A stretch of 64,000 nt of DNA, taken from assembly GCA_965250085.1 (NCBI GenBank), contig OZ252287.1, positions 352,001 to 416,000 on the forward strand. The letters run 5' to 3'. Positions 38,337 through 47,348 of this stretch are shown piece by piece (within the stretch, counting starts at the first letter, position 1; every line of letters starts with the position of its first letter). This stretch comes from Candidatus Altimarinota bacterium (GTDB lineage: Bacteria > Patescibacteriota > Gracilibacteria > CAIRYL01). The position numbers were made by a program, and so were the translations under genes. The notes under the pieces were generated by a model, which saw only the letters and a program-made list of their open reading frames with translations, was not told the DNA's origin and did no database searches.

Positions 38337-40583
38337 ATGTTTATTGATGTTATTCCTCATCGGCCGCTTGGTTTTGGCACGGGGGTGCTCACATTTTCTG
38401 TGCCCAAAAAACTGGAACAAAAAATAGCAGTGGGGCAAGTGGTAGAAATTCCTCTTCGAGGACAACGAACAAAAGGAATAATAGTGCAAATCGTGAAACA
38501 AAAACCAGAGTTTGAAACGCTGGATATTGGTAAGATGCTCACTTCACCACTCCTTGATAAGCCGCATATAGATTTTGTTAAAAGTATGTCTGAATACAAT
38601 TTTTGTTCATATTCAAAAACTCTTTCTCTTTTGATTCCTCAAAAGCTTTGGAAATCTGATGGACTGCCTCCAAAAGAGAGTTTTGTGGAGTTAATAAACC
38701 CCCCTCAATCCCCCCTTATTAAGGGGGGAAGTAAATTGCGTGGCAAAAAACAAAAGCTGGCACTTGAGATTCTTCAAAAAAATAAAGGGAAAATGAAAGA
38801 ATCGGACCTAAGAGAGGAAGGAATCTCTCTTGCAGTGATCAAAGTACTTATTGAAAAAGGAATCTTAAAAAGAACTCTTCAAAAAACTGGAAATTGGCCT
38901 GCCCTGAGCTTGCCGAATGGGAAATTAGAAATTGGAAATTCAAAACTCCCCCCACTCACCTCTGGACAAACCTCTGCCTTCAAACAATTACAATCACCCA
39001 AAAAGTCCCTCCTTTTTGGTCCTGCCGGATCAGGAAAAACCTTCCTTGCACTCCATCATATTTTACAAACCGTTTCGCAGGGAAAAACAGCTCTTTTTCT
39101 TATGCCAGAGCAATTTGCCAGCACTGGATTTGCGAAAACATTTTTTAAATATTTTCCGAGAGAAATTGCAGATTGGTATCACTCTCGTCTCTCTGAAGGA
39201 GAAAAGGTGAAGATTTGGTGGCGTATCAGAGAAGGACACAGCAGGGTTGTTTTTGGGACACGCTCCTCACTTTTTCTTCCGTTTCAAAACTTGGGACTCA
39301 TCGTCGTGGACGAAGAGCATGAGACCTCATACAAAAGTGATCAGATGCCCCGATATCACGCTCGAAAAGCATCGGAAATACTCGCTGATATCCACGGCTC
39401 AAAACTTATCCTTCAAAGCTCTACTCCAAGTTTTGAAAGCTATCATAGAGCGCAAAGTGGAGAAATCGACTTGGTTGAGTTAAAAAATATCTTTAACAAA
39501 ATCAATCAGTCGTCAGGAGTTGGTAGTCGAAAAAAAAATCAAAATTCAAAATTCAAAATTCAAAATTTGCATATCGTTGATCTGAGAAGTGAGCTCGCCT
39601 CAAAAAATCTATCTCCATTTTCCCATCTTTTACAAAAAAAAATTGCAGAAAAACTCAAGAAAAAGAAACAGGTGCTCCTCTTCCTCAACCAACGAGGAAA
39701 ACATTCAGGTTTGGTCTGTCGACAATGCGGAAAGGCTATCCTTTGCATGCATTGTTTGGTAAAAAACACTCTTCACGAAGACAGAAGTGGAAAAGAGTTT
39801 CTTTTGTGTCATCACTGTGGACGAATAGAGCGTCCTCCAGCGCATTGCCCCCATTGTGATTCGACGATGCTCAAAGGGTTTGGTGTTGGCACGCAAGAAA
39901 TTGAACAAGAAGCAAAAAGGCTCTTTCCAGAAGCAAAAGTTCTCAGAGCTGACCGTGATGCCACCGCGAGAAAAACATCTGCTCAGGAAATTTTTGATAC
40001 ATTTGCTGATGGGAGTGCAGATATCCTTATTGGTACCCAGATCATCGGCAAAAGTATGCACCTTAAAAACGTAGAACTTGTCGGCATTATGCTTGCCGAT
40101 ACCTCTTTTCATCTTCCGGATTTTAGATCTTCTGAATATGCTTTTCAGCTCCTGCAACAAGTCTCTGGGCGCATTGCGAGCTCTGGAGGAGAAGTAGTGC
40201 TCCAGACATATCTTTCTGAACATCCTGCCGTGCGGTTTTGCGCCCAAAATGATTTTGAAGGATTTTATGCTTCTGAGATTGAAGAGCGAAAAGCATTACG
40301 ACTTCCGCCATATATGCAGATGATACGACTAATCTTTGTCGACAGAATAGAAAAAAAAGCTGATCAAAAATCGAAAAAATACTACAAGATGTTCACACAA
40401 AAAGCTGAGAAACTTTTTTCCGATGAAAAAATACAAATTGCGCTTGCTCCGGCTCTGCACAAGAAAAAACATGGCAAATATCACTACCATGTCTTCATTA
40501 CTGGAATGCATCCTGCCAAGCTCTTAGAAGGAGAGAACTTGAGTGGAATCAGGATAGACAGAAACCCCATTCAAAGCTTTTAG
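38337..40583 (+). CDS. priA: Primosomal protein N' carrying in-frame repeat insertions
   Basis: GPAGSGKT, VDEEHE..YK, RYHAR, four CxxC pairs, DILIGTQ, PDFRSSE..FQ..QVSGR. Confidence 0.95.
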   Translation: MFIDVIPHRPLGFGTGVLTFSVPKKLEQKIAVGQVVEIPLRGQRTKGIIVQIVKQKPEFETLDIGKMLTSPLLDKPHIDFVKSMSEYNFCSYSKTLSLLIPQKLWKSDGLPPKESFVELINPPQSPLIKGGSKLRGKKQKLALEILQKNKGKMKESDLREEGISLAVIKVLIEKGILKRTLQKTGNWPALSLPNGKLEIGNSKLPPLTSGQTSAFKQLQSPKKSLLFGPAGSGKTFLALHHILQTVSQGKTALFLMPEQFASTGFAKTFFKYFPREIADWYHSRLSEGEKVKIWWRIREGHSRVVFGTRSSLFLPFQNLGLIVVDEEHETSYKSDQMPRYHARKASEILADIHGSKLILQSSTPSFESYHRAQSGEIDLVELKNIFNKINQSSGVGSRKKNQNSKFKIQNLHIVDLRSELASKNLSPFSHLLQKKIAEKLKKKKQVLLFLNQRGKHSGLVCRQCGKAILCMHCLVKNTLHEDRSGKEFLLCHHCGRIERPPAHCPHCDSTMLKGFGVGTQEIEQEAKRLFPEAKVLRADRDATARKTSAQEIFDTFADGSADILIGTQIIGKSMHLKNVELVGIMLADTSFHLPDFRSSEYAFQLLQQVSGRIASSGGEVVLQTYLSEHPAVRFCAQNDFEGFYASEIEERKALRLPPYMQMIRLIFVDRIEKKADQKSKKYYKMFTQKAEKLFSDEKIQIALAPALHKKKHGKYHYHVFITGMHPAKLLEGENLSGIRIDRNPIQSF

Positions 40584-40665
40584 ACCTTGTAAATTACAAA
40601 ATTATTAAAGTAAGCTTGACAAAAGTGATATTTTTATGAAATATAAGAATAAATTTAAGGATGGC

Positions 40666-41643
40666 ATGGCACTTCTGGAGGATTTGCAATCGGCTGTTCG
40701 CTATGATCAAGAGACACACGGTCCCGAATTTGATCGTGGGAGCAAGTTTGCCAAATTTAATCGCTGCACAAACCTTGAGAAATGGGTGGAGCACTATCTT
40801 GCCATATCACCGGAAAAGTCTCTTGAGGAAGCAGGATTAAAAATTACTTTTCACAACATTCATCATTTACAACCAGACTCAGAAGGCCTTTTGGTAGATG
40901 TTCTCAATGTTCTTTGGAATCTTTCTTCTCCAGATGAAATCAGGAAAGATGTTGCAAGAAAAATATGTCTTGTCATGAATCTTGTGAATTTTTCAAGTGC
41001 AGAGGAAATCATAAAACGCAAAACACAATCGAAAGACGATGATGGAGGACTTGTGGATCCTATACTACAAAGACTCTTTGCTATGCGAAATAAACTCACA
41101 AGACCAATTTTGAGAAGATTTGTAAGCGGGAGAAAAGATCTTGTCAACAGAGTGAGCGGTAACGAAATTATTAAACTGTTTGATTCTGCTTCAGAAATCA
41201 GACAGTTGAGATCGGATCTCAGAACATTTGCACAATTTTTACAAATCACAGATCTCGAAGATGTCCTCGCAAAGGTGGAGTTTCATGCTGGAGGTATTGG
41301 AGCAGAAAGCTTGAAAAAGATGCGAAAAATTGCAAATCAACATAAAAACGTATCGAGACGGCCGGAATATCGGAAACATAGAATCCAAGCCAGAACAATA
41401 GATTCTCTCGGACAAGAACAGATCAGAGAGCAATTAAAACAATTAGAAATTCCCATCACTCAAATGATTAACACGTTGACACCAGTAAGAGATGGTGGAG
41501 TGTCTCTCACACCACCTGAAACGGAAGAAATAGAAAGTATTCTTACAGCACTTAATCAAAATCTGACCCCATTTATTGAGGAACAAAGGAGCTCATGGAG
41601 CCGACAATTGAATCTCTTTGATGAGGAGCTCTCTGTAGCATAA
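40666..41643 (+). CDS. Hypothetical helical protein (start 40636 or 40666)
   Basis: Long ORF with TTGACA at 40616; only a weak resemblance to CHAD motifs. Confidence 0.65.
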   Translation: MALLEDLQSAVRYDQETHGPEFDRGSKFAKFNRCTNLEKWVEHYLAISPEKSLEEAGLKITFHNIHHLQPDSEGLLVDVLNVLWNLSSPDEIRKDVARKICLVMNLVNFSSAEEIIKRKTQSKDDDGGLVDPILQRLFAMRNKLTRPILRRFVSGRKDLVNRVSGNEIIKLFDSASEIRQLRSDLRTFAQFLQITDLEDVLAKVEFHAGGIGAESLKKMRKIANQHKNVSRRPEYRKHRIQARTIDSLGQEQIREQLKQLEIPITQMINTLTPVRDGGVSLTPPETEEIESILTALNQNLTPFIEEQRSSWSRQLNLFDEELSVA

Positions 41644-41646
41644 TTT

Positions 41647-42402
41647 TTATACTGTCAGTATTTCATATCCATTTTCTGTTACGAGCACGGTATGCTCCCA
41701 TTGTGCAGAGAATGCGCTATCCTTGGTGCGCACCGTCCATGTGTCATGTGCGTCAACAATGACTTCAGAGCTTTGAGACGCGTTGATCATGGGCTCTATG
41801 GTAAATATCATGCCCGGCTCAAGCCGTGGGCCTGATGATCCCATATCGTAGTGGAGCACTTGAGGATCTTCGTGAAAACTCTTTCCAATGCCATGACCGG
41901 TATACTGCTGCACAATTCCGTACTCAAATTTGGATATATATTTTTGAATCGCCTTACCGATTTCATTGAGATACGCATAGGGCTTCACGACTTCTATACC
42001 CTTATAAAGAGCCTTTTGAGTACGTTCTACCAGAAGTTTTGCTTCTTCACTACATTTATCCACAAAAAACATACGCGAAGTATCTCCATGATATCCATCC
42101 CTGATCACGGTTACATCAATATTGAGAATATCTCCCTCTTTCAAAATATTGTTTTCTGACGGAATACCATGGCACACGACATCATTGAGAGAGGTGCAAA
42201 TACTCTTGGGAAACCCTCTGTAATGAAGGGGCGCGGGAATCATGCCACAGGAAACAATGTGCTCATGACATTTGGCATTAAGTTCTTCTGTAGAAACCCC
42301 TACTTGAACGAATGGAGTGATAAAATCCAAAATTTCTGAAGCGGCTTTGCCCGCGGATCTCATTTTTTGAATTTCATCTTTAGTTTTGATGATAATGCTC
42401 AT
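41647..42402 (-). CDS. map: Methionine aminopeptidase type I
   Basis: SLNDVVCHGIP, NIDV, HGDTSR, GHGIG..FHEDP, TIEPMIN, SAQWEHT. Confidence 0.98.
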   Translation of the reverse strand: MSIIIKTKDEIQKMRSAGKAASEILDFITPFVQVGVSTEELNAKCHEHIVSCGMIPAPLHYRGFPKSICTSLNDVVCHGIPSENNILKEGDILNIDVTVIRDGYHGDTSRMFFVDKCSEEAKLLVERTQKALYKGIEVVKPYAYLNEIGKAIQKYISKFEYGIVQQYTGHGIGKSFHEDPQVLHYDMGSSGPRLEPGMIFTIEPMINASQSSEVIVDAHDTWTVRTKDSAFSAQWEHTVLVTENGYEILTV

Positions 42403-42920
42403 AGATTCTTTTTAAAATTTTTGGGATTATCCTCATCTGTGTCCCATTTGAATGGATTATACACAATGTATTCGCGAATTCGAGTGAGTTCTTCCTCATT
42501 GCGAATGATGCGGTCGTAAAAATTTCGTTGCCACATAAGAGCTTTGGGATTCTTTTTTCGCATAAGCTTTGTAACACCAATCTTATAGCCTCGAATAATG
42601 GACCCTAATGATCTTGGAATTATTTTTTGAAATTTATTTTTTCGTAGGGGTTCAAAATTTTGAACCCCTACAATCTCGATGATGCCGTGTACATGGTTTG
42701 GCATAATGATAAATTCATGTAGTCGAACATCTGAAAAATGCTCTGGGATCTGTTTCCAACATTTTTCTGCCATTTTTCCCCATTCATTCAATTGAACCAC
42801 ATCATTTTTTACTTCACCAAAAATACACTTTTTGCCCTTGGTACAAATCGTCACAAAACACCATCCTGCTGAACCATAATCATGATCCTGCAAACGAATA
42901 GATTTTCTCTGATGTTTCAT
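42399..42920 (-). mobile_element. REP-associated tyrosine transposase (RAYT, Y1 HUH family)
   Basis: RKSIRL..DY, FVTICT, IMPNHVHGII, SLGSIIRGYK, WQRNFYDRIIR, YIVYNP..W. Confidence 0.92.
42644..42671. repeat. GTAG-family REP palindrome inside the RAYT CDS
   Basis: GTAGGGGTTCAAAATTTTGAACCCCTAC, a perfect 28-bp palindrome. Confidence 0.9.
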
Positions 42921-42922
42921 TG

Positions 42923-43591
42923 CTATATTTTTGACACCAAATCTTTCAAAACTGCCTTCGGATCATCAGCTTTGGTCACTCCACTGGCGAGCAACACTCC
43001 TACAGATCCCAGCTCCATAGCGATGCGGACATCATCACCATTTTTGACTCCTGCTCCGACCAGCACTTTGCCTTTGCCTATTTTCTCAACGCTCTTTTGA
43101 ATCAACTCTGGCTCTGAGGTAGAAACCGAAATGTCACCACCGATGAGATCTGGCGGTTCTACGGCAATCAGATCTGGAGCAAATTCATTCATGATATTCA
43201 TGCCTTCATCATCCGTTTCGGCGCACACAATGACAAACAGTCCGGCTTTCTTCGCGCGAGCAATCTTTTTGCCGAGGAGTTCAAAGTCCCCTACGCGACA
43301 CTCAGAATGATTGAGAAGGGTTCCATATGCTCCCAATTTTTTAACCTCTTCAGGAACTATCTTGCCCGTTGAAGAACCATACTCCGCTTCATCCACGTGC
43401 TGAGCAAACACTGGGATCTGATCTCCAAACTCCATGACCACGCTCCTGAGATCCAATGCTGAAACAGCAACGGCAAACTGCACGCCAGTTTCTTGTTGCG
43501 CCTGAATATGAAGCTGGGTGAGGTCGCGACACTTCTCCCCTATAGCAGAAGAATAATTCTTAAAATTGGTGAGAATGAGTGGAAATTGCAT
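42923..43591 (-). CDS. tpiA: Triosephosphate isomerase, short archaeal type
   Basis: 222 aa; NFKNY, NHSE, AVEPPDLIGGDISVS, VGAGVK, GVLLASGVTKA. Confidence 0.93.
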   Translation of the reverse strand: MQFPLILTNFKNYSSAIGEKCRDLTQLHIQAQQETGVQFAVAVSALDLRSVVMEFGDQIPVFAQHVDEAEYGSSTGKIVPEEVKKLGAYGTLLNHSECRVGDFELLGKKIARAKKAGLFVIVCAETDDEGMNIMNEFAPDLIAVEPPDLIGGDISVSTSEPELIQKSVEKIGKGKVLVGAGVKNGDDVRIAMELGSVGVLLASGVTKADDPKAVLKDLVSKI

Positions 43592-43663
43592 AAAAAGTAC
43601 TCAAAGAGCGTCCTCAAGTGTGGAGGATTCCATGTTTTTTTTCAAGGAAAGAGGAGTTTCTTT

Positions 43664-44245
43664 TTATACCTCGCGATATCGAAAACAGTCAGTCGCGTGA
43701 TCATTGACCATTCCTACCGCCTGCATAAATGCATAACAAATCGTAGATCCCACAAAAGAAAACCCTCGTTTCTTCAGATCCTTGCTCATCGCGTCTGATT
43801 CTGCTGTTTTTGCAGGAATTTCAGTGATTTTTTTCCAGGTATTGACCCTTGGTTTTCCCCCGACAAATTGCCAAATATAATCGCTAAATGAGCCAAATTC
43901 TTTTTGAATTTCCAGAAATACTTTCGCGTTTTTAATCGCGGCCGCAACCTTGAGACGATTGCGGATAATACCAGCATCATTCAGAAGCGCCTTCACTTTC
44001 TTCTGATCATATTTCGCAATCTTTTTGGCATCAAAGTGATCAAATACCTTTTGATAATGCTCCCTCTTCTTGAGCACCGTATTCCAACTCAGCCCCGCCT
44101 GTGCTCCCTCAAGGATGAGGTATTCAAACAGGAGTCGATCATCATATACCGGAACACCCCACTCGGTATCATGATATATGATGTAGAGTTCGTTATTTTC
44201 CGGAACCCAAGTACAACGATTCATAATATGGGATACAAATGGCAT
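43664..44245 (-). CDS. tag: DNA-3-methyladenine glycosylase I (may start at 44224)
   Basis: RCTW, YHDTEWG, LEGAQAGLSW, IIRNRLK, FMQAVGMVNDH. Confidence 0.96.
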   Translation of the reverse strand: MPFVSHIMNRCTWVPENNELYIIYHDTEWGVPVYDDRLLFEYLILEGAQAGLSWNTVLKKREHYQKVFDHFDAKKIAKYDQKKVKALLNDAGIIRNRLKVAAAIKNAKVFLEIQKEFGSFSDYIWQFVGGKPRVNTWKKITEIPAKTAESDAMSKDLKKRGFSFVGSTICYAFMQAVGMVNDHATDCFRYREV

Positions 44246-44255
44246 GTAAAACTAA

Positions 44256-44825
44256 CTACTCTCTATTTACTTTATAAATACTGTAAGCAATATGCCCCAT
44301 ACTCAAACAAGAAAAGACCACCAGTAGAAAGAGTATGTATCCCCAATAAGTATTACTAGTTGAAAGTGGACTTGCTAAAAGGACCAGAGAGATAATAATT
44401 GGAGCAATGCCAAAGACTAGAGATTTTCGCAGAGAATGGAGTACAAGCCTTTTCTTTTCTAAAAGGTAGGAAAAGGTTTCAAGAGTTTCCTTGCCGGTAT
44501 GAACATTACCCTGTTGCCAAGCCCCTCCTGTTAAATTGCTTCTATTCTTAAAAGCTTCTGAGGTTATTTCTAAAATATTTGAATCTGAAAAACGAGGATA
44601 TGCTCCGCTTTCTTTTGACAACTTGTATTTACAACAAAATTTTCTATTCTCTTCATTTCCATGATTCGTAATAACATTAAAAGCTTCTATACATTGTTTC
44701 CTGATAGCATTAATTTCTCCTTGTAGTTTATCAAGACTAAAAACTACAAAAATCCCAAATAAAGCTACAAATGCAGCCATGACTTGTGCCAAAGTGCTGA
44801 GTGTATAAAACCAAATATTCGCCAT
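44256..44825 (-). CDS. Hypothetical membrane protein directly downstream of tRNA-Phe
   Basis: One N-terminal and two C-terminal hydrophobic helices; AT-rich. Confidence 0.7.
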   Translation of the reverse strand: MANIWFYTLSTLAQVMAAFVALFGIFVVFSLDKLQGEINAIRKQCIEAFNVITNHGNEENRKFCCKYKLSKESGAYPRFSDSNILEITSEAFKNRSNLTGGAWQQGNVHTGKETLETFSYLLEKKRLVLHSLRKSLVFGIAPIIISLVLLASPLSTSNTYWGYILFLLVVFSCLSMGHIAYSIYKVNRE

Positions 44826-44844
44826 AGTTTATTCTATTTTGAAG

Positions 44845-44919
44845 TGGTGGCCAGGGGCAGAATTGAACTGCCGACACGAGGATTTTCAGTCCACTGCTCT
44901 ACCACTGAGCTACCTGGCC
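44845..44919 (-). tRNA. tRNA-Phe (GAA), encoded CCA
   Basis: GGCCAGGTAGCTCAGTGGTAGAGCAGTGGACTGAAAATCCTCGTGTCGGCAGTTCAATTCTGCCCCTGGCCACCA. Confidence 0.96.
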
Positions 44920-44964
44920 AAACCGGCAAGAAGTGTAGGAAAAAAATATTTGGGGAGCAAGAAG

Positions 44965-45127
44965 AAATCCCTCCTAGTCTCCCTTTATTAAAGGGAGGAA
45001 TAAATTTCTCCCCTCTTTTGTAAAGAGGGGTAGGTCTTTCGACTCTGAGGGATGAGCCCTCTCTTCTAGAGCCTGAGAGCTTGTCAGAGCCGAACGGCAG
45101 GCTCAGACTCGAATGAGGGGAGATTTC
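44965..45127. repeat. Family A doublet with nested TTCGACTCTGAG...CTCAGACTCGAA insertion
   Basis: The G-rich tail GGTAGG|GGAGATTT (intact at ~46201) is split by an insert of about 80 nt that is related to the sortase insert. Confidence 0.75.
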
Positions 45128-46090
45128 TTATCTGAATTCATCAGAACTTGTCTGACGGATCTTCTCAACTCGTAAATTCTCTACTTGATTTCCAATCCCT
45201 TCTTTGAGTTCCACTTTAGGTGCATACCCGAGCTCTTTTTGAATCTTACTGATATCTGCACATTGTCCATGAATGTAGACTTCTTTTACCGGATTTTCAA
45301 TATATTCAGGAGCGATTTTTTTCCCAAACGCTTCATTAAGGGCTGCAACAATTTCATTGAGAGTGGAGGTTTTGCCCGTACCAATATTAAACACCTCGGC
45401 ACCAAGTTTTTGATCCGACTCCATGGCAAGTGTGATACCCGCGATGACATCGCTCACATGAGTAAAATCTCGAAATTGCTCTCCATCTCCATAGATCACA
45501 GGAGAAAGATCACGGGCAATATCCCAAGCAAACTGAGAAATAATATTGGCATATTTTCCCTTTGCTTCTTCATTGGGTCCATACACACTCATAAAACGAA
45601 ATCCGATGATATCTATATCTGGATATATGGAGTTGTAGCAAGCGCTACAGTTTTCATAAAAATCCTTACTCACCGCGTAGTGGTTTTGTGGAGTAACTTC
45701 TTGTGTTTCAACCAGTGGCAACGGATTGTTGCCATAGAGAGATGAAGTGGAAGCATAGAGGAATTTTTTGGCACCGCACTTGCGCGCCCATTCAAGCGCT
45801 ACCACAAATGATTTGACGGAATTGATATACGCTTCAGCAAGACCATCAGTAAACATGGGAGCAGAAGAGCTTCCTGCAAAATGCACGACAACGTCCACTG
45901 GTCCGACCTTTTCTAAGTCCTCCACATTACAAGCATCACCTCGAACAAAGACAACTCCTTCTTTCAAATTATCCTTATCTCCTAAAAGAAGGTTGTCCAA
46001 GGCAATCACCTCATAGGCGTCTTTGTGCAAATTGCAAAAATTGGAGCCGATAAATCCCGCTCCGCCAGTGACTAAAATTTTTTGTTTCAT
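45128..46090 (-). CDS. NAD-dependent epimerase/dehydratase
   Basis: TGGAGFIG, YAVSK, RFMSVYGP, GDGEQFRDF. Confidence 0.92.
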   Translation of the reverse strand: MKQKILVTGGAGFIGSNFCNLHKDAYEVIALDNLLLGDKDNLKEGVVFVRGDACNVEDLEKVGPVDVVVHFAGSSSAPMFTDGLAEAYINSVKSFVVALEWARKCGAKKFLYASTSSLYGNNPLPLVETQEVTPQNHYAVSKDFYENCSACYNSIYPDIDIIGFRFMSVYGPNEEAKGKYANIISQFAWDIARDLSPVIYGDGEQFRDFTHVSDVIAGITLAMESDQKLGAEVFNIGTGKTSTLNEIVAALNEAFGKKIAPEYIENPVKEVYIHGQCADISKIQKELGYAPKVELKEGIGNQVENLRVEKIRQTSSDEFR

Positions 46091-46105
46091 TGAATTTAGT
46101 ATATA

Positions 46106-46252
46106 AATCCCCCTCCTTCTAGGAGAGGTTAGGGGTGATACCCCCTCCAGCTCCCCCTACAAGGGGGAGAGTTTTTTATTCCCCTCTTTTCAAAAGAGGG
46201 GGTAGGGGAGATTTTTTAATCCCCCTCAATCCCCCCTTATTAAGGGGGAAAG
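46106..46252. repeat. Cluster of four family A hairpins
   Basis: CCTCC..GGAGAGG, CTCCCCCT..AGGGGGAG, CCCCTCTTTT..AAAAGAGGGG, CCCCCCTTATTAAGGGGG. Confidence 0.85.
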
Positions 46253-46257
46253 AAATA

Positions 46258-47172
46258 TTATTTTTTCTGACTACTCAAATATTCAAATACCGAATTGGCC
46301 GCCACACTCCCCTCTCCTATTGCTGTAGCAATCTGATGAAAATGATTGGACTGATTGGTAATATCACCGGCTGCAAATAACCCTGGAACAGCGAGTGACT
46401 GATCTTCGGCTGCTACGAGAAACCCTTGAGCATCTTTTGGAAGATCAAATTCATCCGTAAGTTCTGTATTAGGGTTCGATCCGATTTCAATAAAGACACC
46501 TTGTATGTCATCCAGTTTTGTTCCATTCATGAGCTCCACTGCTTCTAATTTTTCTGTCCCATGAAACTCTTTGATGACTGATTCATAGAGAATTTCAATG
46601 TTTTTGCGTTCCTTCATCTGTTCCTGCCAGATGGGCTCTGCACGCATGCGATCCTTTCGTACGATCACATATACTTTGGGGCAAATATCTGAAAGGTACA
46701 GACTGGCTGTTGCTGCCGCATCTCCCCCACCAACAATGGCCACCGTCTTACTACGAAAAAAGAATCCGTCACATGTGGCACAATAGGTGATTCCTTTCCC
46801 ATCGAGTTCTTCTTCACCAGGAATCCCCAGTTTTCGAGTTTCTGTCCCCACGGTCAAAATAACCGACCGCGTATGGACGTCGTCCTTCAGAGCGAGGGAA
46901 AGAACAAATGTTCCATCATCATTTTTCGTGATTTTGGTTACCTCATCTGCTTCTATTTCCGCTCCATATTTCACAGCATGTTCTTTAAATTTTGCCATGA
47001 GTTCTGGACCCTTTATTGATTCAAAGCCTGGGTAATTTTCGACATCGTGTGCAAAAGCTGTCTGACCTCCTTCCTGCTTTCCAATGATGAGCGTCTTGAG
47101 CTTGTATCTCACAGCATACAAAGCTGCTGCATATCCCGCTGCCCCAGAACCGATCACTGCTGTATCGTACAT
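46258..47172 (-). CDS. trxB: Thioredoxin reductase
   Basis: GSGAAG, VENYPG, YCATCDG, VGGGDAA, FAAGD. Confidence 0.93.
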   Translation of the reverse strand: MYDTAVIGSGAAGYAAALYAVRYKLKTLIIGKQEGGQTAFAHDVENYPGFESIKGPELMAKFKEHAVKYGAEIEADEVTKITKNDDGTFVLSLALKDDVHTRSVILTVGTETRKLGIPGEEELDGKGITYCATCDGFFFRSKTVAIVGGGDAAATASLYLSDICPKVYVIVRKDRMRAEPIWQEQMKERKNIEILYESVIKEFHGTEKLEAVELMNGTKLDDIQGVFIEIGSNPNTELTDEFDLPKDAQGFLVAAEDQSLAVPGLFAAGDITNQSNHFHQIATAIGEGSVAANSVFEYLSSQKK

Positions 47173-47348
47173 GCTTACTTCAGAAAGTGTGGACAGAGTA
47201 TCAAAAAAAAGAAGGGAAAAATATATATTTCACTTCTTTCTCCCTATCGAATGGTAAAAATTATTACAATTATTTTTTGAAAAGCAATCTATGAACAATT
47301 TCGATCGATAATTTTGTAGGTTTTGGTATTGTTTCCAAAATATCAACC

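Noticed and set aside
40636-41643. CHAD-domain assignment
   Set aside because: Only loose Arg-rich helices are present, and the conserved His-x-x-Arg motifs are not clearly there
46106-46252. Hairpin cluster as a CRISPR array or integron attC array
   Set aside because: Units differ in sequence and orientation, there are no constant-length spacers, no GTTRRRY/RYYYAAC ends and no integron integrase
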